Source: Candidatus Latescibacterota bacterium (lineage in GTDB: Bacteria > Latescibacterota > UBA2968 > UBA8231). From it: 64,000 nucleotides of DNA. How positions within the stretch are numbered: the first letter of the stretch is position 1; the number at the start of each line of letters is the position of its first letter. The DNA is taken from assembly GCA_965197905.1 (NCBI GenBank), contig CBDAOB010000005.1:1760001-1824000 (forward strand), written 5' to 3'. Below the pieces are notes generated by a model. That model was not told where the DNA came from, searched no databases, and saw only the letters and a list, made by a program, of their open reading frames with translations. Made by a program: the position numbers and the translations under genes. Below, piece by piece: positions 50,060 to 59,835 of this stretch.

Positions 50060-51190
50060 TCAGGCGAATTCGGCATATAAGCGAACCCACTCCTGCTCCA
50101 TGGCGTTCGGTGCGAAGGTTCTCTCCGCGTACTCTCGTCCGCGCCTTCCCAGAACCTCGCGTTTGCGGTCATCCCGCATCAACGTTTCCAGAACGTTGGC
50201 ATATCCTGCTGGGGTGTTTTCAGCTAGTTGAACCCACTCCCCTTGAAGCTCCGGAACAGGAAGAGACTGTCGATTGTTGACGACGACCGGGAGCCCATGC
50301 CACATTGCTTCCAATATAGTCTTAGGAAATTCAGGATAATCCGTGTGAACGGCGAATAGATCAAATCCGGTCATCGCACTGTTCAATTCCGTATTACTCA
50401 TCGAACGCTGAAAATGCACACGATCCGATATGCCCGTTGCATAAGCGATCTCGCGCAGGCATTTGTGCCTTGGTCCGTCACCAACTACCGTCAGGTGCGC
50501 ATCGATGTTCCTCAATCCGCGAATCAGTTGATCCGGTTGTTTACGCACCAGCTGTCGCCCTACGGAGAGAATTGCTGGCGGACGTCCCAATTGATAGCCA
50601 AACTTCACCTCAGAGGAGTTCGGGGAGACAATGTTGTATATCTTTGCGACACGTTTAGCGCCATGCATCGTAACATAGTCTCTCAAGGATTCGTAGACGA
50701 TCACCGCCACGTCTGCCGTGCAGATCGCCAGTGACGCGTAACGCTTTTCGTGCCCCAGATACCACCTACGGACTCCCCATGGTTCGCGCTTCAAAAGGTC
50801 GTCGCGGTGAGTATGTAGTGATATGATGTGAGGAATCCCCAACGCCTTCTTCACGTGGCAGCCCAAATAGCCCGTAAGTCTGTCGCCAGTTCGTACAAGG
50901 TCCGGCTTGATTCTCCGGGCAAGACTTATGACCCGGTCTTTCCAAAACCTATCGAGGAGCGGTGTAACACTTAGACTCAGCTTATCGGGCCCCTTCCACA
51001 ATCGGTGGAGGAATAGTTTTGCACTTCCCGCCATTGGAGCCACCAACTCGGGATCGATCGAGTCGGACGTGGTACTAAGCAAGTGGACTTCATCAAAAAA
51101 GTTGCCAGGATTGTAGTACCGGTCCGTCACCTCACCTTTGCTGACGAGTTGAGACAGTCGATCGGCGATAATGAAGAGTAACGTTCGCAT
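50060..51190 (-). CDS. Glycosyltransferase family 4 (GT-B)
   Basis: SVGRQ..RK, VVGDGP, EFPKTILEAMWHGLPVV (EX7E). Confidence 0.9.
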   Translation of the reverse strand: MRTLLFIIADRLSQLVSKGEVTDRYYNPGNFFDEVHLLSTTSDSIDPELVAPMAGSAKLFLHRLWKGPDKLSLSVTPLLDRFWKDRVISLARRIKPDLVRTGDRLTGYLGCHVKKALGIPHIISLHTHRDDLLKREPWGVRRWYLGHEKRYASLAICTADVAVIVYESLRDYVTMHGAKRVAKIYNIVSPNSSEVKFGYQLGRPPAILSVGRQLVRKQPDQLIRGLRNIDAHLTVVGDGPRHKCLREIAYATGISDRVHFQRSMSNTELNSAMTGFDLFAVHTDYPEFPKTILEAMWHGLPVVVNNRQSLPVPELQGEWVQLAENTPAGYANVLETLMRDDRKREVLGRRGREYAERTFAPNAMEQEWVRLYAEFA

Positions 51191-51216
51191 TGACTATTGT
51201 TGCCAGATCGGTCGGT

Positions 51217-52209
51217 TCAGCGGTTGTCGTTCCCTTTGACGCCCAAGATTCTGAACGCACTCCCGTAATCGTAAAGCCCCATAACCAAGAGTAGTGCCTG
51301 CATTGAGAACCGGCGCATGCGAGTCCACCGGCGGCGTGAACTTGATTTCCTAGTAAGTTTGCTCGCGATCCTGGCGGCGGTTCCACGCGCACCTGGAGGC
51401 CAACTGCCGTCCGGGGTTCGAGCACGAGCGGCCTCAAGAATGTCGTCCATGTACATCGGGAATGACCCCATGTGCTGGAATCCCTCCTCCGCATAAAGCG
51501 AGAGCAATCGTCGCAATGTCATCGAATCGCGGTATAAAACGCCGTATTTGTCATATAAGCGCCCATCGTAGGAACAGCTTATGCCCTCCCGCTCGAAGGT
51601 CTTGGCGCAGTCAAACAACCGGCGCGCCAGACCGACTCGTTTCTCCACTTCGCTTCCAGCAAGGAGATCCAACACTCCACACTCGATGTTGTAAACAAGG
51701 TGACCGTAGGTGTTGTAGATGAACGTACAGAGATGTCCACGGGGTTTTACCCAATGGCATAGGTTACGGAAAGCCCTCACCGTATCAGGCGTGTGATGAA
51801 TGCAACCCAAGCTAGAAACGTAGTCGAATGACGCTGGGGCAAACTGAGAGCGGTCCAAGACCGACCCGTATCGAAACTCAACGTTTTCAAGCCCAGACCG
51901 TTTCGCTGAAGCGCGGGCCAGTTCCAGAGATCCTTGGCTGGTATCGATGCCCACAATTCTCTCCGGTCCTAGGCTGGCCAGAAACATAGTCTCCTCCCCC
52001 GTTCCGCAACCCGCATCCAACAACGTCTTGTCCCTAAAAAAATTGCTGATATCGATGCCCAGCTTGTCGTATACGAACTTCCTGTGCCGAACATATATGT
52101 CGTTTTGACGAGGGTCGAGGTTCGGATATCGAATCGCTGAATACATCGACCGAACGCGGTCTTCATTAGAGCTAGGGGAGTCTGACGTACTCGAGGGCGT
52201 ATTACTCAC
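51217..52209 (-). CDS. Class I SAM-dependent methyltransferase
   Basis: LLDAGCGTGE, FDYV..LGCIHH; GTG start overlaps the upstream TGA. Confidence 0.88.
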   Translation of the reverse strand: MSNTPSSTSDSPSSNEDRVRSMYSAIRYPNLDPRQNDIYVRHRKFVYDKLGIDISNFFRDKTLLDAGCGTGEETMFLASLGPERIVGIDTSQGSLELARASAKRSGLENVEFRYGSVLDRSQFAPASFDYVSSLGCIHHTPDTVRAFRNLCHWVKPRGHLCTFIYNTYGHLVYNIECGVLDLLAGSEVEKRVGLARRLFDCAKTFEREGISCSYDGRLYDKYGVLYRDSMTLRRLLSLYAEEGFQHMGSFPMYMDDILEAARARTPDGSWPPGARGTAARIASKLTRKSSSRRRWTRMRRFSMQALLLVMGLYDYGSAFRILGVKGNDNR

Positions 52210-53363
52210 GTCTGCTTTCTCCCCGATTCGCGCGTATCTGCAATTTCGAAAATGCTGCGACCCACGGATTTCAAGCTCTTGCGACTCAATCGCAGTAGAC
52301 GGGTTGCCCCAACCTTCCAACCCGCCTGCACAACCTCCTCATTGAACACTCTCCAAAGTCTTTGCTTTTCGTACTGTTTTGCTTCGCGATGCCAGAATCT
52401 ATCATACCCATTGGACGACAAACGCGAGGAATATTCTCTCAAATCTGAGAGCACAATTTCTCGTGCAGGGCCACCTAAGGATTTCAATCGACCGTCGATA
52501 TCCATGAACGTGGGTTCAACGTTCTCGAGGACAGCGCGTCCGTCTTCGATAAGGAATTTCGCCACCAGTGATCGCCTGGTCTGATCGCTGTCGAATCGCA
52601 GTCCTTGCGTCACATAGTCGGGAAAGAGCAGATTTCCCAGGCTGTAGCAGATCGTTCCGTGCCGATAGTGCTCTATACCCTGGATTACGTGAGGATGATG
52701 GCCGATCACGATATCTGCTCCGCAATCAACCAAGTCATGTGCAAGTTGGATAATCTGAGGTGCTGGATAATTAAGGTACTCCTTTCCCCAGTGTGCGGAT
52801 ACCACGACACAGTCTACCCGTTCCTGCAATTGCTTGACATCTTCCTGCATGTGCTCCAGTTCCAGCGGAGCCACACCCGCTGAATCGGCAGTGGCAATCA
52901 CAGAGCCGACCCAAGGATGAGCCGATGCGTATGCCAAGAATCCGACGTCGGTGCCCCGCTTTGATATCACTCGGGCAGCGCGTGCGTCTTCTAGATTCCG
53001 TCCAGCTCCCACGAATTCGATTCCGAGTTCGGCGATGCGATCCTGCGTGATACGCAAAGATCGAGCACCGTAGTCCATGCTGTGGTTGTTTGCTTGAGAG
53101 ATGATCGAAACGCCGAGCTGTTGCAACAAAGCCAATTGCCCCGGAGTCGCAGAAACGAGATACTCATCGGGATTCGGACTGTCACCACTCGTGTCGAAGG
53201 TGCAATCGAGATTGACGAAATTGATGCCGCCGGTTTCGAAAACCCCAAGAGCCTCGGCAAATACAGTATCGCGCTGATCCCCATGGTCTTCCAATGCGCC
53301 CCCAAGGGCAACGTCACCTCCTGCACATAGGCGCAACGCTTTCATGGCGTCATGCGTCGACAA
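52206..53363 (-). CDS. CapA/PGA_cap family metallophosphoesterase-like protein
   Basis: GGDV, ANNHSMDYG, HWGKEY, GHHPHV, YSLGN. Confidence 0.9.
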   Translation of the reverse strand: MSTHDAMKALRLCAGGDVALGGALEDHGDQRDTVFAEALGVFETGGINFVNLDCTFDTSGDSPNPDEYLVSATPGQLALLQQLGVSIISQANNHSMDYGARSLRITQDRIAELGIEFVGAGRNLEDARAARVISKRGTDVGFLAYASAHPWVGSVIATADSAGVAPLELEHMQEDVKQLQERVDCVVVSAHWGKEYLNYPAPQIIQLAHDLVDCGADIVIGHHPHVIQGIEHYRHGTICYSLGNLLFPDYVTQGLRFDSDQTRRSLVAKFLIEDGRAVLENVEPTFMDIDGRLKSLGGPAREIVLSDLREYSSRLSSNGYDRFWHREAKQYEKQRLWRVFNEEVVQAGWKVGATRLLRLSRKSLKSVGRSIFEIADTRESGRKQT

Positions 53364-55200
53364 AGCGCCGGTACCACAACTCGACCGTCAACAGCGATTG
53401 CAACAAGGTCATAACCGGCCAGCCGTCGTCGATCTGGCGAACTAGCCTCTGAAGCCCTTCAGCGTCTATAATGCCCCTAGAGTAGGTACGTTGATCCTGC
53501 AACAGGTTCATGTATGCAGAACGAAACCGAGGTACTTGTCGAAAGTGTCGATTCAAGTCGCCTCTGTGACTCACATCCCATCGTCCTCTGGAGACCTGCA
53601 ACAAGGCGCATGTTGCCATCTGTTTGATCGGCAACCTATCGTACATCTTGTCAATCAACGACTTCGGCCGATCCAGCGACTTTCCCGTTTTGGCCCACCC
53701 AATTGCAGCAGCCTCTGGAAACTCTCTCTGGATTATCGCCCGGTAGAAACCGGCACCTCGTTTGTATTCCGGGGGTAGGCGGAGATACAGGTCGGTAATC
53801 TCGTAGTCCAGACCGGGATAACCGTATTCGACATATTGCCGTTGAATGTTGGGAAGTGCCACGGAGTATCGATTGCTCCTGTTCGCGAACGAGAAACGCT
53901 GGACGAAATTGCTGATGTGCGGCTCGTCTATTTTCGACATCTCGGAGGAAATACTGTCGCGATTCGTCTGTTCGTACTCGGAGTAAAACTCTGGCAGAAA
54001 AGAGCGCTTAACAAATATAGGTTTACATCGCCTCCACATGCCATTGATAATCGCCATTTTCTCTTCTGTGTTGTATTCATTCTTCGCTGGGAGAACGAGA
54101 AAGGTATCCCCTAAGAATACGTCCATCAGGTAACCATCGAGCAGCATCTTGGCCAATCCTGCTTCTCCGATCTTCTGCGCGATCGGCAAGAACCAAAACT
54201 GATGGCAGTGGGTGTTTCCCCCAGATCTTTCAATTCCTTCTTCCATGATCGTCCCGTAATCAAATTCAAGGGGGTCGAATCGGTACCATTCACCTCTGTT
54301 GAGGAGACAAAGATTTTTTGCAATCCTCTCCTCGTGAGCGTACCAGGCGCAGTGGAAGACCGGCACAGGGTCTTCTTGTTGAGAGGCGTAAGAGAGTATG
54401 GTTCTGGAATCAAGGCCTCCGCTGAGCGGAACCCCGAGATGAGAAAACCGATCGCTGTATTTTCCGACCGCTTTGGCCAACAGGTAGCGGGTTTCGCCAA
54501 CAAGATCGTCAAATGTCTCGCGATTGGTGGTATTGGAATACTCATACTGCCAATACTTGCATTGTCTTTGGGACTCAGTGCCGACATTCAAAATTGAACC
54601 CTGGTCAAGCAGGCGAATCTCCTCGAACATTGTCTCACATCCGCTTAGGTATCCAAAGTTGAACAGGTTATAGACTGCTCTTTGATTCACGGTTTTTCGG
54701 GCACCTTCGATCGCTAGCAGAGCTTTTGCTTCTGTAGCAAAAGCAAAATATTGGGAATTCAGGACGTAGTAGATGTGCCGTGCCCCATGACGGCAGTTAG
54801 CAAGGATCACATGGTCTATGTTGTAAACGCACACATTGAAAACGCCGGATATAAAGTCGACAAAAGCCTCGCCGTGTTGTTGAAAAAGGCGCCAAATGGC
54901 TCTCTCTTCCCGCTGATAGAGCGAATTGCCGTCACGCAGATGCCCATCGGCATTCTCCGGATCGGAAAATTCCAGAAGGTACCCGTCTAAAAACACTGTC
55001 CCGTCTTCTGCACGACGCGCCGTCCCCACAGGCGAAGAATCGATGAATCTGTAGTTCCGCGCTGCGAATGATCCATCATCGAACGAATCGACGGTCACGG
55101 GATGTTTGGGTTCAAAGGTAGAGGCCATATGTTGGACCTGCTTGGAAGCCCAGTGTTTGGGCGCCTCGGTCCTCTGTAGATATCCGAATAATGCCGGCAA
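53350..55200 (-). CDS. Asparagine synthetase-related amide ligase lacking the N-terminal catalytic Cys
   Basis: FAFATEAKAL, PP-loop LSGGLDSR; N-terminus is MPALFG rather than MCG. Confidence 0.8.
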   Translation of the reverse strand: MPALFGYLQRTEAPKHWASKQVQHMASTFEPKHPVTVDSFDDGSFAARNYRFIDSSPVGTARRAEDGTVFLDGYLLEFSDPENADGHLRDGNSLYQREERAIWRLFQQHGEAFVDFISGVFNVCVYNIDHVILANCRHGARHIYYVLNSQYFAFATEAKALLAIEGARKTVNQRAVYNLFNFGYLSGCETMFEEIRLLDQGSILNVGTESQRQCKYWQYEYSNTTNRETFDDLVGETRYLLAKAVGKYSDRFSHLGVPLSGGLDSRTILSYASQQEDPVPVFHCAWYAHEERIAKNLCLLNRGEWYRFDPLEFDYGTIMEEGIERSGGNTHCHQFWFLPIAQKIGEAGLAKMLLDGYLMDVFLGDTFLVLPAKNEYNTEEKMAIINGMWRRCKPIFVKRSFLPEFYSEYEQTNRDSISSEMSKIDEPHISNFVQRFSFANRSNRYSVALPNIQRQYVEYGYPGLDYEITDLYLRLPPEYKRGAGFYRAIIQREFPEAAAIGWAKTGKSLDRPKSLIDKMYDRLPIKQMATCALLQVSRGRWDVSHRGDLNRHFRQVPRFRSAYMNLLQDQRTYSRGIIDAEGLQRLVRQIDDGWPVMTLLQSLLTVELWYRRFVDA

Positions 55201-55207
55201 GTCAGCG

Positions 55208-56032
55208 CTATTCCGAGAGTCCGACGAATCGGTCCCAAAGTCGTTGCAGATTGTTGTCTCTTATTCGGACACGACGGAATCCGCTCCATGTGCCGCCCTT
55301 TCGCCTCAAAAGGCACCGCGCGGGCACTCGCCAAAACCGGGTAGGACGGTAATCTACAGTAAGATCGAATGGAGGATCCAACACCGTTGGTATGATTTCG
55401 CGGGAATTCTCGAGCGCCGTTCGAACGCCGTCTCGAATCTCCCCGCGCACAATATCTGCTGGCCGGCTGACACAGGCGGATCTGGACAACCCGATCTTGG
55501 TGGCGACGTATCGGATATTCGACACGACCGATTGCGCCTCACTCACTGCGGCCTGATCGCCGCTGATGAATACCGTGGGCACTCCAAAGCTGGCAGCAAT
55601 ACCGGCAATCAGACCGAATTCGCCGATCTGACATCCGTTTAGAACTACCCTATCAAGGTGTTTTCGACTGTAGGTGTGAGCCAGGTGCCCTGCCGGAGCT
55701 TGAGCCATAGCGTGTTGCCCAACGCATATCAACGCATCGAATGAAGGGTCCAGCATGGGCAGCCACGTATTGCGCCCCTTTCCGTGAATCAACTGTGCTG
55801 GCGAAGCAATATCAGCAAGACTCAGGTTATTACCGGAGCCGTGATTGTCTATCACCACTATTCGACTCGCGCCAGCGAGAATTGCCCCCTTGATGGAGGC
55901 GTTTATCTCCGCAGTCCAAAGTGTGACTGCTGCCTGCTTTTTGGCGAATTCTCCAGGCACGCGATCTCGATATGTATCGAAGCATCCGATCCCACTTACG
56001 CCCTCCAAATCAGCGACGATGTAAACATTCAT
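55208..56032 (-). CDS. M55 family (DppA-like) D-aminopeptidase
   Basis: YIVADLEGVSG, IDNHG, GQHA, LAHTY, IGEFG, FISGD. Confidence 0.9.
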   Translation of the reverse strand: MNVYIVADLEGVSGIGCFDTYRDRVPGEFAKKQAAVTLWTAEINASIKGAILAGASRIVVIDNHGSGNNLSLADIASPAQLIHGKGRNTWLPMLDPSFDALICVGQHAMAQAPAGHLAHTYSRKHLDRVVLNGCQIGEFGLIAGIAASFGVPTVFISGDQAAVSEAQSVVSNIRYVATKIGLSRSACVSRPADIVRGEIRDGVRTALENSREIIPTVLDPPFDLTVDYRPTRFWRVPARCLLRRKGGTWSGFRRVRIRDNNLQRLWDRFVGLSE

Positions 56033-56970
56033 GTTATAGAATCGGAATCTGCGTAATGGAACTCGCGAAACCAGTCGGCGAAATCACTACACGTCGGCGT
56101 CCAACAATTCTTCTGGACGGACGCAATTGTCTCGAAAATGCGGCTGAACTGGAGCCGGTCTTTGTCCTTGGGATCCAGATAAATATTTGATAAAGCCCCG
56201 TGTTCGGAAGCCTGTGTCAATCGGCTCGCAAGAAGTCGATGAAAATCGCTCTTGTGCCAGCCGCCGCGGGAGTATAATGCGTGCCAGCTATCAAAGGAAG
56301 TGAAGGGATGTTCCGGACACGTAGTTACGGGGATTTCTAAGACCTCCCCGCTCCACACCGGCACCCCCAATCTCATGCCCCTGGGAGCCAACATAGAAGA
56401 CGAATAGCACAGGCCAACAGACTCCAACAACTCGTAGGTCTCTTCTACGACTATGTTGCCGAAATGGGGAGCGCGGAAACCTTTCATTCTGTACCCAAGC
56501 GTTCGCTCCACCACTTGTTGACAATTGCTGATCTCGTCGAGGCGCTCGGCAACAGACAGATCCTGCCAACGTCGGTGATTGAAATCGCTTCGACTGGAAA
56601 TGAAGTGCGAAGGTGAGTTCACCAACTCGGGGTGGGAGTAAGAATGATTCATCAACTCGTGACCACCATCGATCACCGCAGCGTGAGCGTCTGGATACTC
56701 TTCAGCCCATCTTCCAACACAAGCGAAGCTGGCGTTGATCCCGTATTTCTCCAGCAATACGACGATCTCGGGCAAAGCCAGGGCGTCTTCTGGAAAATCA
56801 CAGTCGAACGTTAATAATAGACAGGATCTCTTGCCGTTCCATGAGGCAATGCCGGAGTTTCCAAACTCGCGCAACATGTGCCGATTTAGGTGGCCTGCAA
56901 ATACCTGCCCTGCGAGCTGGGCAGCCGCCCCACGCGCACGGAGCATGGATTGAGCGAATCCGCCGGTCAT
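56029..56970 (-). CDS. Polysaccharide deacetylase (CE4/NodB-like)
   Basis: LTFDCD, GHELMNHSYSH, GFRAPH. Confidence 0.88.
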   Translation of the reverse strand: MTGGFAQSMLRARGAAAQLAGQVFAGHLNRHMLREFGNSGIASWNGKRSCLLLTFDCDFPEDALALPEIVVLLEKYGINASFACVGRWAEEYPDAHAAVIDGGHELMNHSYSHPELVNSPSHFISSRSDFNHRRWQDLSVAERLDEISNCQQVVERTLGYRMKGFRAPHFGNIVVEETYELLESVGLCYSSSMLAPRGMRLGVPVWSGEVLEIPVTTCPEHPFTSFDSWHALYSRGGWHKSDFHRLLASRLTQASEHGALSNIYLDPKDKDRLQFSRIFETIASVQKNCWTPTCSDFADWFREFHYADSDSIT

Positions 56971-56980
56971 ATTTCCGTTG

Positions 56981-58888
56981 TCAGGATACCTCTGAAAGAG
57001 GTGTCCGAAAATCCAAATCGCCGTCGAGATACATTCTGCACCACAACTCGAGACAAAGTACGCTCCAAATGCGTTGGGAATGACGTGCCTGATTTCCCTT
57101 CCACTCCCCAAGAAGCCGACCTACTGACTTTGAGTCCAGAAAATCACGTTGCTTGATCCGCCGCGATGACAGAATTCTGCTGATCGGCTCTTCGATACCG
57201 TATCTCGTCCACAAGGCGAACGGTACTGCCAAGCCTTGTTTTTTGCGAGCAACAATTTGCCTTGGTAAGATTCGACTGAGCGCTTTCTTTAGGATGACTT
57301 TTTCGTTGCCATTTCGCACGCGAAAATGTCCCGGAATCTTCATGGCCTTGGCGACTACTCTATGATCCAGAAAGGGGGTTCTCGCTTCCAAGGATACGGC
57401 CATACTCATTCGGTCGGTCCGTGCCAGCATAAGCTCCGGAAGTCGAATCTTGGTCTCGCAGTAGGACATCGATTCCGTTCTTGGCCGCGAACCGAAGGTA
57501 CGGACCTGCTCTTCGTAGACCCTTGCAGCGCACCCTACCGTTCGCGATTTATTTCGGTCGTTTAACAATGGCATTTCATCCAACTCGAAAGCGGTAACCC
57601 ATGACAGGAATCGTTGCGCGTCTGGCAATTCGCTCATCTCCAATGCCCGCACCATTTGTTCGGCGAACGGTAGCTTTCGGCTCATGCGGCACAGTGTTCT
57701 CCGCATACCGGCAGGAAGAATTTGCAATCGGTGTATCTTCTGATCGGAAACGAACCGGGTATACCCACCAAAGAGTTCGTCTGCCCCCTCACCCGTTAGA
57801 ACTACCTTGACGTGCTGTGCCGCCAGTTCTGCCACCTGGTAGGTAGGAACGATTATCGGGTCCGCAAAAGGTTCATCGAAGTGATGAATCAGCATAGGAA
57901 GCTGTTCAACCTTGTCGGCCGTGCAATCGACCTCGCGATGCTCGGTGCAGAACTCTCTTGCTATTCTATTCGCGTGGATTCGTTCATCAAGCTTCCCGAT
58001 CTCGCTGAATCCGATTGAAAACGTTTTTACCGGTTCGCTCATCGCCTCAGACATAAGGGCAACAATGCCGCTGGAATCGAGCCCTCCGCTGAGGAATGCC
58101 CCAAAAGGCACATCACTCATCAGACGAATCTTAACGGCGTCTGCCAACAATTCGTAGAGCTCATCGGCCAGATCGTCTTCAGACAGAGCTGCCAAACTCC
58201 CAGCTCCTGGATCCGGATCCCAATACTGTTCGATCTCGTAGGTCCCGTTGCGCTGATCAACGCGAATCAGACTGCCAGGAAGCAGCTTGTGAATACGACG
58301 AAAAATGGTCTTGTCACGCGGAACGTACCTAAGCGTTAGGTACAGCTCCACAGAGTCCATATCGAGCTCAGGTGAAAATCCCGGGAACTCTAGAATTGCT
58401 TTTATTTCGGAGGCAAATAGAAGCAGGTTGCCGTGGCGGCAATAAAACAACGGCTTTATGCCCAGGCGGTCGCGCACTACCAATGCTGCCTTTTCGGCTG
58501 CATCCCATATGGCAAAAGCGAACATTCCGTTGAGGTGAGTTGGACAACGGTCTCCGAATTCCTCGTACAGGTGAACCAGCACCTCGGTATCCGCTCGAGA
58601 GATAAACTTGTGACCATCGGCCACCAAATCACGTCGAAGGTCTGCTTGGTTATACAGCTCGCCGTTAAAAACAGTCCAGATCGTTTCGTCCTCGTTGTGT
58701 ACGGGCTGCTTGCCACCGGCTGGATCGATGATACTTAAACGTCTATTGGCTAAGGCGACGGCGTCATCACAGTATATGCCTTCGTCGTCTGGGCCCCTAT
58801 GCACGAGCTTCCGAGACATTCTTAGAAGGTCGTCCTTGTTGGGTGGAGGTCCTTCTTCAAGTTCGATTATACCGCAGATTCCGCACAA
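56981..58888 (-). CDS. asnB: Asparagine synthase (glutamine-hydrolysing) family amidotransferase
   Basis: (M)CGICG, HRGPDD, RRLSIID, FLSGGLDSS, LTGEGADELFGGY; probably glycan-amidating given the context. Confidence 0.92.
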   Translation of the reverse strand: MCGICGIIELEEGPPPNKDDLLRMSRKLVHRGPDDEGIYCDDAVALANRRLSIIDPAGGKQPVHNEDETIWTVFNGELYNQADLRRDLVADGHKFISRADTEVLVHLYEEFGDRCPTHLNGMFAFAIWDAAEKAALVVRDRLGIKPLFYCRHGNLLLFASEIKAILEFPGFSPELDMDSVELYLTLRYVPRDKTIFRRIHKLLPGSLIRVDQRNGTYEIEQYWDPDPGAGSLAALSEDDLADELYELLADAVKIRLMSDVPFGAFLSGGLDSSGIVALMSEAMSEPVKTFSIGFSEIGKLDERIHANRIAREFCTEHREVDCTADKVEQLPMLIHHFDEPFADPIIVPTYQVAELAAQHVKVVLTGEGADELFGGYTRFVSDQKIHRLQILPAGMRRTLCRMSRKLPFAEQMVRALEMSELPDAQRFLSWVTAFELDEMPLLNDRNKSRTVGCAARVYEEQVRTFGSRPRTESMSYCETKIRLPELMLARTDRMSMAVSLEARTPFLDHRVVAKAMKIPGHFRVRNGNEKVILKKALSRILPRQIVARKKQGLAVPFALWTRYGIEEPISRILSSRRIKQRDFLDSKSVGRLLGEWKGNQARHSQRIWSVLCLELWCRMYLDGDLDFRTPLSEVS

Positions 58889-58908
58889 AACGTCCAGGCG
58901 CCGCCTTT

Positions 58909-59835
58909 CTACAACTCTGGCAAGGTCGACGAACTGCTCCGTCGCCCGCCGTTGACCGCTAAAACAAGCTCCCATTCTCCATTTTCGAAGTATCCCATTA
59001 GAACCAAGCAGGCTATGTATGCTACCGTGCCAACCAGCAAGCCAACGAGAATGGGTCCCAATTGGGTTGAAATTAAAAACCTCAGACATGAACCCATCAC
59101 GATAAACGCTAGCACCGTCTTTATCAATGGTCGGAGATTTTACTCGAAGTCAAAACAAAACCTTGCATAGCAGAACAATTTGGACCACGTAAGTGGCGAG
59201 TGTCGTGCCAGCAGCACAGTAAAATTCCCAAAGCGAAACGAGCAGGAAGTTTGCTGTCAAATTCAACATAGCGCACGCCCCATTACTTCCATATTCCCCT
59301 CCAGCCTGACGATCGCCTCCGCCTGCGCACTCAATTTCATCGCCAAGATTCCCAATGCCACAAATCCGATTACCGTCCAATGTGAAAGATATTGGCTGGT
59401 AGCGAAACTGGTCTGGGCCATGAAAGATTGCTACCACATACCAATCCTGGCATTGTCAACCAGCAACAGCAATCCGAAAACGCGCGAACAGGCGCATACA
59501 TGACATGGTGGGAAGACGGAAGTCGATGTCTGTCGCACAAATCTACATCATCTTTGCGTTGGGACCTGGCAGACTTGAATCCGACTATTGATACGGAATG
59601 AAAGGGCGAGTTGGTGAGCGCCTGGACTATCGCCAAAGGCACTACCACTCCGAGCCGAAAGCATTCGGGCCACTCGATAGCTTCTCGCGCCAAAGCCTAG
59701 AAGTGACTTAACCGCTGGATAATAGGATTCTGTAATATCGCTCCGAAGATAGTAGAGCCGAGCCGTCAGTATTCGAAGCACGACTGCGAAACCCAATATT
59801 CCAGCCAAGCGGAATGGCACTGATATCCAATTCAC
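58909..59835 (-). pseudogene. Degraded oligosaccharide flippase (Wzx/MOP-like)
   Basis: Several short hydrophobic ORF pieces in different frames, including LNLTANFLLV....CAAGTTL (like LNxxLNxxLIPxxGxxGAAxAT); total span shorter than a full flippase. Confidence 0.55.

Noticed and set aside
52206..53363. Poly-gamma-glutamate capsule synthesis
   Set aside because: Only a CapA-family gene is present; no CapB/CapC in the window
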